Of a stretch of 64,000 nucleotides of DNA, positions 1 through 13,457 are shown piece by piece. The translations under genes and the position numbers were made by a program. Source of the DNA: Chrysemys picta bellii (taxonomy: Eukaryota); NCBI RefSeq assembly GCF_011386835.1, contig NC_088793.1:156302001-156366000 (forward strand), written 5' to 3'. Position 1 is the stretch's first letter; each line of letters starts with the position of its first letter. The notes below the pieces were generated by a model that was given only the letters and a program-made list of their open reading frames with translations, made no database searches and was not told where the DNA came from.

Positions 1-259
1 TAAGAGATATAGAAGGATATAGGCGGCTTGATTCTATTTGTAAAAAATATGTACTCCATAAATTTCCTTTCAAAGCAGACAGAAAGTTTGGCTTAGCTCT
101 TATTGGTCATTAGTTTCAGCTTTATATTTTGTAATATTACTGTAGGGAATAGATGTATATATGCAAAATGTTCTGTTATTTTCAGGGCTCTTATAACTTA
201 ATATTTTATATTATTAATGTTACCTATTTTTTAATGATTGATATTTTCCTTTGTTTCAG

Positions 260-351
260 CCAAACCTTTTACCTCTAAGGTGAAACAGATGCGACTACAT
301 AAAGAAGATTTTGAAATCTTGAAGGTGATTGGTCGAGGAGCTTTTGGGGAG
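260..351 (+). CDS. CDC42BPA: CDC42BPA/MRCK-alpha coding exon (exon 2 by human numbering), (A)[30 protein letters not shown], including the kinase Gly-rich loop
   Basis: tttcctttgtttcag acceptor (AG 258-259) and GAG|gtaagt donor; 92 nt, starts in phase 1. Peptide matches MRCK-alpha ([13 protein letters not shown]) rather than MRCK-beta (KPFTQLVKEMQLH) as recalled. Confidence 0.97.
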
Positions 352-1929
352 GTAAGTGTGTTTTTTGTTTTTTTTGAACATTGCATGTACTACAGAAAAT
401 CTTCTACAGTCAGAAAGTTTATTGGTACCAAGATATTGAAATATAGGTAATCTAGAAATACACAGAAATACTACTAAGTGAGTTGGTAGGGATGCAGGCA
501 GGGACAAAAATTCATTGAACTTGAAGTATTTTCACAAAACATTTCAAGTTCCACAAATCTGCATTTGTCAAAAAAAATTCTGATCACCTCCACTTGTGAC
601 CTCCCAAGCCAGTTCATATATTTGGGTACAGGAGGTATTCGTGCCTGCCTGTAGCAACTGTTTGCCAAAGTCCATATATGTGAAAGGATGCACGTCTATT
701 TCAGAATGGTTGGCAAAGATGCAGGCTGATGCCCAGAAGATCACCTTAAAAATCTGTATTAAGGCCACTAATCCAAGCATTTGGTCTGGTACAGAAGATT
801 TCAAAAATAGAAAATTTACAGGGTAGGGAATATTTATCTTTTTTTACTTTTTATCTGAAGATTTGAAAGTGATTTACGAAGTTGAGTAAGTGTTGCTTCC
901 ATTTTGCATATGGGAAAACTAAGCACAGAATGGTTAAGTGGTTTGAAAAAGTTACACAGCAAGTCATTGGTCTTCTGTCTGTTTTTAATTTACATTTCTT
1001 ATTTTGATGAGCAAATGAGGATAGATGTGGATAAATCATAATTTTACTATTACTTTTTTTTCACCAAAAAGATCTCTGTCCACACTTAAATTGGCTTTCC
1101 ATGGTGGATAGCTGTGGAAGCACCACGGTCTTTGTGCCTGCAGAGCCCAGTCCTTATTCAGGAGACAGATGATATTCAGTTTCTCATTGATCTGCATAGG
1201 TTGTCTTTTTTTAATCATAGTTTTGTCAGGAAAAAGGGTTTTCCCAATTTTCTTTTGTGCATAGAAAACATTGACGATGATGGATGGATTCTACTGAAAT
1301 TGTTATAGATTTCTTTGGTTTCCACCCAGCCTGAGGGTCCTTTGGTCTGAAGCTGTACTGTTGAACTGGGACTGTCAAATGAGCACTTTACTAAACACTT
1401 AATGATGTTTTGTTTAGAAGGGGTTTTCCCCCTCGCAATTTTTAGTATTTTAACGGTAGATAAGGTCAATCATGTTGCCCTTCAGGGTGGTCTTGGAAGT
1501 GTATTGTGAAAGATGGAAATATATGTGGCTCACGTTATCTCTTTTTCAGAATAGATATAATCTGTGACTTTTAATTGTTACAGTATATGTTTTAATCCAA
1601 GCATTTTAGAAACATGAACTATTCCCTTTCTATTCCTCCCAATTTGCGTCCAGTTTTGAATGGTTATTTGATTATATTTGCATTATTGTTGTTCTAAAAC
1701 TATACCAGACTTTTGTCATGCCTCATTTGGTAGCATGTACAGTGGAGTTGTAAAGCTTTAATTTTCTGCTCCTGCTCATTTAACAGCCTAGATCAAAGAG
1801 TTTCCCTCTTCAGTTTGAAATGGCCGGACACGGTGACCTGTCACTGGCTTCCAAGGAACTGAACAGCCTGCAGATATGGCAGAGACTGAAGTTTGCAGGT
1901 TGAAGAAACCTTAGCTTTCAGCCTCCTAT

Positions 1930-2290
1930 TTCTTAAGATCCACTAAGTGAACATGTCACATGATTTCCACATATCAACAAGCAGTGCACATGCAGAATGG
2001 GTAGTTTTGTGAGCAAACAGGGCCTTGAATTTTTTGACAGCCAGATGCGCTAGGGATAGGACCGCAAGGTAAATCCTCAGCAGAAAACATTCCTTATTGC
2101 CTTGAAAAAAAATCTTAGGCAACAGAAAGCCAATGTTTTTTTTTGAGGCAGGGTCCGAGGAATATTTCTGCTGCCAATAGAATTTAAGGACTTTCAGAAT
2201 ATTATGTGATTTGGGGTCTGTATGATGGCTCCTCTGGAGAGCATATACCTTATTTGGGTGGCAGGGAAGAGGGGGCTTCAACGACATTTA
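1930..2290 (-). mobile_element. Possible highly decayed DIRS-type tyrosine recombinase fragment
   Basis: ORF 1943..2287(-) has a loose resemblance (LPCHPNK..HTDPKSHNILKVLKFY; ..DMWKSCDMFT) to the YR C-terminus of the element at 34600-35000 (LPAFYPK..LHTLDIRRAIAFY; AATWTSEHTFTKHY). Resemblance judged by eye only. Confidence 0.25.
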
Positions 2291-2362
2291 TTTTTTTTCA
2301 TGAGTAAGAATTCAGCTACGCTTGCCTAGAGTCATGGACGTCTTAGTTTCTGTAGCTGCTAC

Positions 2363-2615
2363 CAGCGGCGGCTCCAGGCACCAGCGCTCCAAGCGCGTGC
2401 CTGGGGCGGCAAGCCGCGGGGGGCACCCTGTGAGGGCGGTAGTCAGGCAGCCTTTGGAGGCATGCCTGTGGGAGGTCTGCCGGTCCCATGTATTTGGTGG
2501 CAATTCGGCGGCGGGTATGCCAAAGCCGCAGGACCGGCAGACCTCCCGCAGGCATGCCGCCGAAAGCTGCCTGCCTGCTGTGCTTGGGGCGGCAAATAAG
2601 CTAGAGCCGCCCCTG
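2363..2615. mobile_element. Non-autonomous hAT element (MITE), GC-rich
   Basis: TIRs CAGCGGCGGCTC / GAGCCGCCCCTG; exact 8-bp TSD GCTGCTAC (2355-2362, 2616-2623); internal inverted repeat around 2458-2487 and 2530-2560. Confidence 0.9.
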
Positions 2616-3248
2616 GCTGCTACTAAAGGAACTGTAATTTTTACCTTTAATGTAGGTCCCTGCTACTGCTACCACCACCACCATATGCATCTTTAAAATC
2701 TGAGAACCATCACACAGCAGATACACATTGCAATGCTACCAGGAGCAAGTACATTACATTTATTTAATCTGTTGTTCCACTGGGATATGTTAAAGGAACT
2801 GGGATTTTTATTCTCTGCAATCTATTCTCAGGACCATATGTATTGAATCCTAAATCATCTCCTACACCGGCTATCTTTGTGGAGATCAGGAAATTTTGCA
2901 TTTGGAGTCAGAGTTCCCTCTCCGAGTGCGTGGTGTATTCCTCTCTACCTCTGAGAACTGGAAGGTGTTTCAGCCCTATAAGCACTTGCATCCAAGGAGA
3001 TCTAGGGAACTGTATTCAATTTCTCTTTGCAGACACCTTTCCGCTTGATGCACAGAAAGTAATTTTTCTTCTGTAAGATATTATCAAGGGGAGCCCATCT
3101 TTGCAGATGCCCACCTCTACTCCCTTTTGCTCCTGCTTCAGTTGACTACTCTCTCTAGCTCATAACTAAAGCATAATTTTCCCCACCATCATCTACTGTC
3201 AGCTTTAGGCACTAATACGGAGATTCTGCACATAGGGTGGCTCTAGAC

Positions 3249-3539
3249 CAGGGGTCGGCATCCTTTGGCACGTGGCCCATCAGGGTAATCCGCTGGTGGG
3301 CTGCGAGACATTTTGTTTACATTGATGGTCTGCTGGCACAGCCCCCCGCAGCTCTCAGTGACTACGGCTTGCCATTCCTAGCCAATGGGAGCTGCAGGAA
3401 GCAGCGGCCAGCACGGCGAACCACAGCCACTGAGAGCTGCGGGGGGCCGTGCCTGCGGACGATCAACGTAAACAAAATGTCTCATGGCCCACCAACGGAT
3501 TACCCTGATGGGCCGCGTGCCGAAGGTTGCAGACACCTG
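3249..3539. mobile_element. Non-autonomous hAT MITE (CAGGGGTCGGCAACC family)
   Basis: Long imperfect TIRs of about 70 nt; exact 8-bp TSD CTCTAGAC (3241-3248, 3540-3547). Confidence 0.92.
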
Positions 3540-4491
3540 CTCTAGACTTTCTTTAGTATTTAAAAAAAAATCATCGTGCCTTAAAGGGATACCATCAACC
3601 TATTTAGTTCCTGACACCTGTCTTCCATAAAGGACAGTAATCAGGTAACTCCATGTAATGTTCCTGGAGAGCAATGCATAAAAATGTCTTTTTAAAAGAC
3701 TTTGGAATTTGTCTTTTTTAATGTTTTGGTCTTCAGTAAAAAGAAATGTTAACAAGCTATGCTGAAACTGGGCAACAGCTTTGTTGTTAGGACCTTTCTT
3801 CTAACTCTCCCAGGCAGTTTGAGAGTGTAACTGACACGTTATTTTACATCCGACTATAATCCGCTCTTATTCTATTAAAAAATATATATATTTCTACACC
3901 GTAGGGTACATTTTTAGCACTAAGATTCAGACACAACTCCCAGTAATATTAATGGAATGGAAGGGCTCAGTCCCCATACAAAACCCACAGTGTAAATTTG
4001 AAATGTGGGCCTCCTTCTGCATTGCAGACTGGAATGATAAACCTAGAAACTCTGTGATGAGCCATCTCTGTAGCAATTCTAGTTGTGGAATGGCAGCAGA
4101 ACAGGGCCCTAATACTGCAACCAACCTTCAGCATTCCAGCTGAATCTTAGCATAAATGACAGGCACTCATTTGTCTGTCATTTGCATGAAGCAGGAAGAA
4201 ATTTATGCTAGACTTAAAAAAAAAAAAAAAAAAAATCTAAGCTTTCCTTGCACACTTCTATAGGTGGTGCCACAACTGCCTATTAACTATTATTATTTAA
4301 CACTTTTACATAGCACTTTAGGCATAAATACCACATTATTTTCTCTGTGAAGACACAATCCTTGCATTGAGGAATTTATAATCTAGGTTATTGACATGAT
4401 TTGAAGAGGAATAGGGCATCAGACAAGAGGAATTCTCCATCACTTGCAGTTTAAGTCAAGATTGGGTGTCTTTCTAAAAGAGATGCTATAG

Positions 4492-4856
4492 CAGTGGTTC
4501 TCAACCAGGAGTCCGGGGCCCCCTAGGTGGCCTAGAGCAGGTTTCAGGGGGGGCCTCCAAGCAGGGCCGGCATTAGACTTGCTGGGGCCCAGGGCAGAAA
4601 GCCGAATCCCCATCCAGCATATGGCTGGAGCTCAGGTTCCAGAGCCCTGCCACCCGGGGCTGAAGCTGAAGTCTGAGCAATGTAGCTTCGTGGGGTTCCT
4701 GTGGCATGGAGCTCCGGGCAATTGCCCTGCTTGCTACCCACTAGCGCCAACCTTGGCTTTTATAGGCAGAAAACCAGTTATTGTGGCACAGGTGGGCCAC
4801 AGAGTTTTTATAGCATGTTGGAGGGGCCTCAGAAAGAACAAGGTTGAGAACCTCTG
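4492..4856. mobile_element. Non-autonomous hAT MITE (CAGTGGTTCTCAACC)
   Basis: TIRs CAGTGGTTCTCAACC / GGTTGAGAACCTCTG; exact 8-bp TSD TGCTATAG (4484-4491, 4857-4864). Confidence 0.92.
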
Positions 4857-4920
4857 TGCTATAGCACAAAAAGAGGTGATGGGTTTGATGCAGAAAACAC
4901 AGGGTAAGTTTCTATGGCCT

Positions 4921-6965
4921 TATGATGGGTTCTCCCCCTCCCCCCTCCAGGGGTGCAACCTGGAACTGGGGTATTGCTGAATCCTCTGTCTCACCAGCCT
5001 GGGCTCCTTCTCACACTGTGCTGCTGTGACAAGCTGCAGACCACTCTTGGTCCTGCATTCGCACAAACCTTTACATAGGCAGGGACGCACCCAGTTGCAG
5101 TTACATGACAGCTTCTCCTCCACCACTCATGAGCTAACAATAGAGCGATTCCAGCCATCTCACCCTCCAGCTCCACAGCCTAGGACCCCAGAGCTATACC
5201 GTCTTGCCCTGGTCAAAAGCCTGACCAGTATATGAGTTATTACCCAGTCCGACCCTCCCTTAAAGTGGAGAGGACAATACACAAGCTTTTGTTAACTGAG
5301 CTGAGATTTTTCCCCAAGCACTTCACTCAAACCACATTGTTTCTAGGTAAAATATAAGATAGATTTATTAACTACAAAAAGATAGATTTTAAGAGATTAT
5401 AAGTAATAGCAAACAGGTCAAAATAGATTACGATAAGAAATAAACCAAGACTGCAATCTAAGTTCTCTAAACTAGATTGGATTTGACTCAAGTAGTATTT
5501 CACTCTGTTAAATAGTACAAACAGTCCACCAAACTTCCATACACGGGCAGGCTTCCGTCCTTCCCATCTGGGACCAGCACATCCCCCAGTTCAGTTTTTG
5601 TCCCTTATGTGTTTACAGGTGTTCCATGTGTGAGGAGTGAGGCCCAGTGGTGATGTCTTCCCCCTTTTATAGCTTCTTCCATCTTGCTGAAAAGATCTTT
5701 TGCTGTGATCTGAGTCAAACAGTTCCCATTGTGGAGTTCTATCTCTATTTCTATTGTTCACACTTCCTGGTGTAATCCTTGTGAGCATTTGTATTCTTCT
5801 CAATGGGCCATTTGGCCTTTTTATTGTTGTACAGTAACTCCTCGCTTAACGTTGTAGTTATGTTCTTGAAAAATGTGACTTTAAGCAAAACGATGTTTAG
5901 CGGATTCAATTTCCCCATAAGAATTAATGTAAATGGGGTGGGGGGTTAGGTTCCAGGGAAAACTTTTTCGCCAGACAAAAGACATTATATACAGTATAAG
6001 TTTTAAACAAGTTCTAATCAGAGGATTGTCTGAGAAACCTGCTCATGAGCTCTCTGAGTTTCTCCTAAAGCAATCATGTTGATATCAGGTGAGATATTTC
6101 CCAGGGAATGCCTTGCTGCTAAATGATGAACTAGCACATGGCTGAGCCCTCCAGGATTAACACATTGTTGTTAATGTAGCCTCACACTCTACAAGGCAGC
6201 ACCGAGGGAGGCAGGAGGGAGAGGAGACAATAGACGCATGGCAGCAGCTGCAAACACTTCCCTTCAGAAACTGAATGTGATGCCGGACGGTGCTCAACCC
6301 CCAGCTCTGCCCCAGGCCCGCCCCGACTCCACTCCCTCCCCTCAAGCGTGCCACGTCCCTTGCTCCTCCACTCCCCCCCAAGCCTCCTGAATGCTGCAAA
6401 ACAGCTGATTGCTGCGGGCGGGAGGTGCGGGGAGGGAGGGGGAGCCTGTGCACCACGTCCTCGTTCTTCCCCCCTGAGCCTCCTGAACGCCGCGAAACAG
6501 CTGATTGCTGCGGGGAGAGAGGGGGGGAGTTGCTGATCCACAGGGCTCACTGTTGGGTGGGAGGAGCTGGAGGGGAGCTGATGGGGCTGCCGGCCCACTC
6601 TAGTTCCAAGCCCTCACCTGCTAGCAGTCAGCGGCCAAACAACATTATAAGCAAACATTGCGCAACTTTAAATGTGTATGTTCTCTAATAGATCAGCGAC
6701 ATAACATTAACCGGGATGATGTTAAGTGAGGAGTTATTGTACCTGAAAGGCTGATTGTTGGGTGTTCCCAACCTCAGAACATGTTTCAGTGGCACTTCAT
6801 AACTTCATATACAATGGTAGCACATACCACTTAATTGGATATTAATGTTCAACAGATTAAGACTTTGTGATACCTCACAAGACATACTTTGTACAAAACA
6901 TATAATTATATCACCAATGGTGAATATGGGATGCAGTGTGTCTTTCTGGGGCACAGAGTGCGTCA
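4921..6965. mobile_element. Solo LTR (Gypsy/ERV-type), interrupted by a Tigger-like MITE
   Basis: Termini TA(for TG)TGATGGG...GTGCGTCA; 5-bp TSD GGCCT (4916-4920, 6966-6970); no internal coding region; sequence is continuous across the 5832-6739 insert. Confidence 0.75.
5832..6739. mobile_element. Tc1/mariner (Tigger-like) non-autonomous element
   Basis: TIRs CAGTAACTCCTCGCTTAAC / GTTAAGTGAGGAGTTATTG; TA TSD (5830-31, 6740-41); internal ~40-nt direct repeat at about 6384 and 6480. Confidence 0.88.
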
Positions 6966-8674
6966 GGCCTGTGTTATGAAGCAGGTAAGTCTAGATGACC
7001 ATAATGGTCCCCTGTGGCTTTAAACGCTATGAAGTTATCTTTAAAAATGTGTTAGCAGGTTGTGATCAACTCCTAGGGTTGGTCACAACCAGTTAACATG
7101 TTTTAAAACATAATTTGCCCTGTCTAAAATTATGTTAGTTAAAACATGGTTAGCTAACATGTTTTAAAAAACACAACGTATTTTTCTACTAGACATGGTC
7201 AATCTGTACCAAGCAACCTTATAACATTTATTTTATGTAAATCTTCTAGTATGTCTCTAGATAAAACTTATTCTGTCTACTTCATGTACAAAGTCATGTT
7301 TAAAACTGTCTTGGCTATGGAGAGTAACTTCCTTTGGGTGTACTGTATTTTGTGTTGTCTATCTAGTTACATGGTAAGCTCCTTGATATAAAGAGTTTGC
7401 TTTTACTGTGCATTGTGCAACATGAAACACAGTGGTGCCACTTAAATAGTAATCAACAAGGCTGCTATTGTTTCTAATCTAAATTATAATAAAATTCTGA
7501 CACATTATATAGACACTAGGGAGTGTGTGTGTGTATAGACAGCATATGTAATACATATATACACACAAACACATACACAAAGGGCCTTTTTGATGCTCTG
7601 CTATCCTCAAAGAATGTTTTTAACTGTCAAAGAAAGAGAGAACTGATAATCACGCCCCTCTATTCATCATAAAATGTCTGGTTCCTGGAACTTATTAAAA
7701 CTGGACATTTAAACTTTTTTTAAATTTTTTTTTTTTCTGTGAGCAGGCCACTGAAAAATGTTTGGTATGTGCTGATGTAAACATTTTGGTTTTAGTTGGA
7801 TTTTATTTTCTCTTTCATTCTTCCAACAGTTTTACATATTTCCCACAAACAGTAATGCTCCCTGGCATACTGTCAAACTGCTTCTGCCCCTCATTAGCTA
7901 GGCTTCTGATCTCTACACTGTATGTAGGCATGTTTCTCTTTGCTTCTTCAAGTATTTTTCTAACAGAAGCTACCAAAAAACCCAAACTGATAATAAATGC
8001 CCTCTTGTTTCCCAGGTTAGCTGGGGTAGGGATCACTCGACATGCAATGGTTGGGATTTTCAAAGGGATCAAAGGGAGTTAGGTGCCTAAGTTCCATTGA
8101 AAGTCAATGGGAGTTGGAGATCTAACTCCTTTAGCCCGCCTTGAAAATCGTAGCAGACCTGCTTAGGCCCTGGATCATTAACAGCCACCACTATGGGCCA
8201 ATTTTGAAGCACCTAACTCCTTGACAGAGTTTTAAAAGTCCACTTACTTTTTTACTAGTGCCAAGCAGAAGGGTTCCCTGGTAAATGAAGGGGTTTAACT
8301 CGTTAATTTCTGCAGAATTTAACCTCTTCTTAAAACAAAAGAGAAACTTTCTAGCCATTATAGTTGTAAAGGTCACCTTCCAAATATGAAAAAAATATAA
8401 ACTGATTCACTGTTGTCTTCCTGAGTGAGATATCCAGCTTCACTGCCTTTGGTACTGCTCATAGATTTCTCAAGAAGCAAATGTTTGGTCTAGCAGGCTA
8501 GCAAAGAGTGAAACTGAAACTAGTAAGTTTCAACACTGCTATTTAGAACCCTGGGACAGCTATGAAACTGACAAGGAATCTAAAAAATTTTCAGTACCAA
8601 ATTTGAGCAAGTCTTGAGAAATCCCAAGTCTGGACCTGAAAGTCGTTTATGAATATGAATCTAAACTGAAGGCT

Positions 8675-8836
8675 GTGGTGGATTTTCAATCACTGGCAAT
8701 TTTTAACTCAAGACTGGAAGTTTTTCTAAAAAGAACTGCTGTGGTTCAAACAGGAATTATTTTGGGGAAGTTCTATGCCTGGTTTTGCAATGTGTCAGAC
8801 TAGGTGTTCACAGTGGTCCTTTCTGGCCTTAGAATC
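8675..8836 (+). mobile_element. CR1 LINE 3' end fragment, degraded
   Basis: Colinear with the CR1 3' end at 47570-47735 (ggtggatt..atcactg.caatttttaa...tggtcc.ttctggcctt.gaat). Confidence 0.75.
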
Positions 8837-9794
8837 AATATTTTTTGAATGAATCTTTGTATGGGAACCTAGGTTCATATGCCTGACCTTTATTGGGGGT
8901 AGCCTTTAAAAAATTTAGTGTGGAAGCTAGTTTTAATAGCGAGGTCTGATATCCTTGCATTGTCTCCTCTTTTCATTTCTTCTTGAATTGCATTTTATTT
9001 TCACAAGGGGGTGGGATGTGATGGAGGGCAAGACTGATTTATGTACCACGGCACCTCTGGGAATTAATAGCTGTTCCACCCAATTTATAGTTTAGCTAGA
9101 GAGAGAGTGTGTTTCTGCTTTAGACATCAACAAGAACTGTAAATGGAGTTCAACATGCACCTATACTAGCCTGATGAAGCTATTTCAGCTGGTGCCACCT
9201 TTGAAGAAGGGTTGAAAAGAGCCTTGCGTGACATTTCCTTCATCAAGCTGTCAGCATCTGTTGCATTTTCTTTCCTGATATTACTTCTCTGGCATGTAGC
9301 CAGGTTGCTGAATATGAAAGAGATGGAGAAAGTGTAGTGTTCAACCATGTATAATATTGTGTGTGTGTGTGTGTGTTGTCACTAGCCTGCAGGGTAAAGA
9401 TGATGCTAATCTGTGTGACAACATCCTGGTCTGCAACCAAAACAAAAACAATCTTTTCTCTCCTTAGGCCCTGGGAGTATGCTGTTCTTTGCAAGGGAAT
9501 GGGAATTGGGGTAGATTGATGTATGGATTTTAAAATTTATGAAGCACTGAGCTTTTCATATTTGAAGGTTAATTTTGTGGCTCAGGAGGTTAGGAGTCCT
9601 GGGCTCTGTTGTTAGCTTTGCTTCAGACTTCCTTTTGTTTTTGTGTCTTATCTGAACTAGGGAACTCAGGACTGTACCTATGATGTCTACATTGTGAAAA
9701 CAAGAAGAATAATAAATTTGTTTTGTATAAACTTCCCCACCTCCCACTTGCCCTGCCTCTTTCTCGATATGATCCCATCCTGGCTTTTGTCACA

Positions 9795-9895
9795 TTGTAT
9801 CTAATCTAGATTGTAAAATCCTCAAGACAAGGAGTTTGGGTTTATTCTCTTGGTAAATTGCCAAATTTACCTATGATGCCTAATGTAAATGTTAA
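9795..9895 (+). mobile_element. L2 LINE/SINE-type 3' tail fragment
   Basis: ctagattgtaaaatcctcaagacaagg resembles the L2 3' motif TAGATTGTAAGCTCCTTGAGGGCAGGG. Confidence 0.5.
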
Positions 9896-9907
9896 GTAAG
9901 AATCATA

Positions 9908-10035
9908 ACGTCTCTGTTTTTAAGTTTTCCCATCCATAAAATGGGGATGATAATACTCCCCTAGGTCATGGGGGTGTAAAGAGACCTCAGTGAGAGCTTC
10001 GTATGGAAAATGATATAGGAGTGCAGAGTATTATG
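9908..10035 (+). mobile_element. MIR/CORE-SINE fragment
   Basis: ttttcccatccataaaatggggatgataatac matches the CORE-SINE core TTTCCCCATCTGTAAAATGGGGATAATAATAC. Confidence 0.7.
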
Positions 10036-10651
10036 CTTAATTATTTTTATTTATTATAGCTTCCCCCGTTCTTTGAAATGGGTCTAGAAGATTTATCCTA
10101 TAGCAAATCTCCAGTAAATAATTTGTTGTACCCGCTGATATTCTAATGTTCCTTGGTTTTGGGACCTGACTACTACATTACTAGGAGCTCTTTCTTGTTT
10201 GCCGCTGCAGCCATTTAGTTCAGTGATAGAAGAGAGTGGGTTCAATAACTATTCCAAGTTTTGGGAACATATCCAGTGATGATATGGCAGTAATAGGATA
10301 GAGGGGAAAGGAAGTATGGTATGATAGAAGTGCCATCTTTCAGCTGTGTTCAGCTATTGTAATGTAGAAGGATATACTTTTATGTAATGGAGGCTTAAGG
10401 GGAACTTAAGAACTTTTACAGAACAAATACCCTGGACAGTTGTGAAATTACTCTTCATGGTTTGTGATGATGAATGCTTGGTACGGCATCATGTACGCAG
10501 AGTGAAGTTATAAATCAAAGAGTCCAAAATCCTATCACAACAAAAATAAATTAAAGCAACTCAGCCGTCTACATATTTCCAAAAAAGGATTATTCTGGCA
10601 ACCACTTATTTTCCTATTTTAGGTTATTCATCTGCAATTTATGTTTTCCAG

Positions 10652-10735
10652 GTTGCAGTAGTAAAACTGAAAAATGCAGATAAGGTATTTGCCATGAAAA
10701 TACTGAATAAATGGGAGATGCTGAAGAGAGCTGAG
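10652..10735 (+). CDS. CDC42BPA: CDC42BPA exon 3, VAVVKLKNADKVFAMKILNKWEMLKRAE (subdomain II catalytic Lys)
   Basis: atgttttccag acceptor and GAG|gtaaga donor; 84 nt, phase 0/0, in frame with the previous exon. Too short for the ORF track; translated by hand. Confidence 0.97.
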
Positions 10736-11324
10736 GTAAGACTACAGAAATGTTTTTAGTGTTCATATACTTGCTTGTGAGGACTCTACTCAGTTATTCT
10801 TCTTTTTATAAAATTTTTGACGAATTTTCATGAAGAAACAAAAATAGAAAAAGGTAGTTGATTTACAGCGTGTATAGGTTACTCAAACCCGCATTTTCCA
10901 AGGATATCCAATAAAGCTACGCAATTACACAGTTTCACAACTGGTCTAAGCTGAAAGATCATACAGCACAAAATCAGACAGTATTACACAGGCGTAACAT
11001 GTTAGGGTTGGTAGTAACCAAAAAAAAAGATAGATACAAACAAACAAATTAAATAAATAAATAAATAAAAGGGGGAAAATAAAGGAGGGAAAAAGCAGAA
11101 AGGGTAGGTGCAATGGAACCCTGGCATTATTTGAGCTATCTCAGCATTCTTTATCCAAATGTGTAAAGAATCAGGTTCAAAATTTCTTCTAAATCCTATA
11201 ATTACTCTGTCTCAATGAGCTATTCTTTCTTTTGATGCTAATGCAGAAGGTTGGAATATCACTGCTCTATTCTGGTCATAAGCCTACTCCTCCACTTTTG
11301 TTAAATTTCTGAACCAAAATCTTA

Positions 11325-11569
11325 GGGCTAGTTTTTACACTGGGAATGCTAAAGCGCTGCCGTGGCAGCGCTTTAACATGCCTTGTGTGGTCGCTCTCCC
11401 AGTGCTCTAAAAAAACCACCTCAACGAGGGGCGTAGCTCCCAGCTCTGGGACACTGTTTACACTGGCGCTTTACAGTGCTGAACTTGCTGCGCTCGGGGG
11501 GAGGGGGGTGTTTTCACACCCCTGAGCGAGTAAATTGCAGTGCTGTAAATTGCCAATGTAGACAAGTTC
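11325..11569. mobile_element. PIF/Harbinger-type MITE (GGGCTTGTCTACACT family)
   Basis: Degenerate TIRs gggctagtttttacact / aatgtagacaagttc; 3-bp TTA TSD on both sides (11322-24, 11570-72). Confidence 0.7.
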
Positions 11570-13179
11570 TTAGTGGTGGAGAGAAAACCAGCATGTAGGT
11601 ACGTAACCTGGGACTATAATTTTCAACTGAGTTTTGGTTGCAGAAGCCAACAACTAATTTCACTCTTGAGTCCACCTGTTTCCACAGCTGCCTAGCTATT
11701 GGACAGTCCATAGCATATATATATCAGGGTTCCTTTCCTTTTTTTTTTTTTTTTTTTTTTTTTTACTACAGCATCAACAAACATCAGAGGACAAGGCTCC
11801 TTGATCGTGCAACCTGGGTCCAATACGTTTTGAATCAAATCTTTTGCTGTATCAGGCATAGCCTGAGATCTACACAAGCATTTGTAACGTTCTATAATAT
11901 GCTCTGCCATTGGGGTACTTTTAAGGGCTGTGATAATTCCCCTTTGCACACTTTCACAAAGAACTCCAGACCGCTGGAGTTCCCCTGCATTAATAAAGCA
12001 TACATAGTGGATATGGGCCTGGGGAATGTATGAAACATTCCAGTGGTTCTTAGTAGCGCTGGGGCCTGTGGCAGTCCTAGGGCATCCAGACCAAACTGAT
12101 AAGTTGGCAAGTGTTTTAGTTGTTAGTACACTCACTCAACTAAGGGTGGCAGGTCATATTGTTTCTTGAATGTTGGAAATCCATATCATACCCCTGTTCA
12201 GCCAGTTTCTCCAAGTTTTTTTTCCCACTTTTCAAGTCTGGGTTACCCTAGATAGGTGCTTTTGGAGCACAGCAAGGATTAAATGGGTACCTCTTAGCTA
12301 GGACAGCCCAGACCCTTTGCGCAGCCACTGCTGCAGGCACCCTATTTTTCTGTATCAGACAAAAAGAAAAACTCAGCAGACCTGCAGGGGAGGCGGATGC
12401 ATTAATACCTGTTCAGTTTCCACCCATGTAAGTATAAGGGTGTTAGCATGCTGGAACCAATTTGACATCTGTGACATGATGGAAGGATAATAGTAATTTT
12501 GTAGATCTGGGAGCTCATTAGGGAGCTGGAGGTTTTTAAATGATAGTCATGTGTGTTGACCAGGGCCCCACAGAAATGCTCTAATAATGTTAGTACATTT
12601 TTTTAAAATGAAACAGAGGAATATATAGAGGTAGGCCATTTAGAATATAGAGGAGCCTAAACCAAATATTCATTTTTACTGTATTGACCTTCCCCATAGG
12701 CTCAGGGAGAGAAGATGCCACATATTTGTATCAGAACTTTAAATCCTGTACTCTTTCAAATAAGTAATCTTCACTAGTTAAAGTTTCTCGGTACTTTTAT
12801 ACTTACATACTTAATTACATCAGGTTGCCTATGGAAATTCCATTGAGAAAAAGCCTCACGACATGACATTCGGGAGATTTGCAATATTTTTGATTTTTCC
12901 CAATTTATTTTGTAACTAGCTATTGCTCAATTTTTTGAATTGGTGATAGGAGGGTTAAAATAGTGATTTCTAGTTTGGATATATACAAAAGGACATTGTC
13001 TGCATATAACATCAGTCTGTACTCCATGGAACCAAGTTGCATGCCCTGGTTATCTGGATGAGCTACTCTCCTTTTTAAACAAAAGGAAAGTGAATCTTAG
13101 TGGATTTGAGTACAGTATTTCTACCAGTTGTGCTTGTGAATCCACCTTATAGTAATTTCATTTAGACCACATTTCCCTA

Positions 13180-13375
13180 CTTTGTTTATGAGACTGTCAT
13201 GTGAAACTGTGTTAAAAGCTTTACTAAAACCAAGATACATCACATCTACTGCTTCTCCCCTATCCACTAGGCCAGTAACATTGTCAAAGAAGGAAATCAG
13301 GTTGATTTGGCATGATTTGTTCTTGACAAACTCATACTGGCTATTCCTTATAACCCTATTATCCTTCAGGTGCTT
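13180..13375 (-). mobile_element. CR1 ORF2 (RT) internal fragment
   Basis: Reverse strand reads KHLKDNRVIRNSQYEFVKNKSCQINLISFFDNVTGLVDRGEAVDVMYLGFSKAFNTVSH, homologous to the start of the 16690..17925 ORF. Confidence 0.9.
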
Positions 13376-13457
13376 TCTTCCTGTTTGAATGCAGCCCTTA
13401 TTATGGGATTTTTAAAAAAAAAATTTTTACCGTATTGAAACAAATACAATTGATTTA

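Noticed and set aside
1036-1469. Minus-strand ORFs 1036..1218 and 1215..1469 as a LINE endonuclease remnant
   Set aside because: No motif I could match with confidence.
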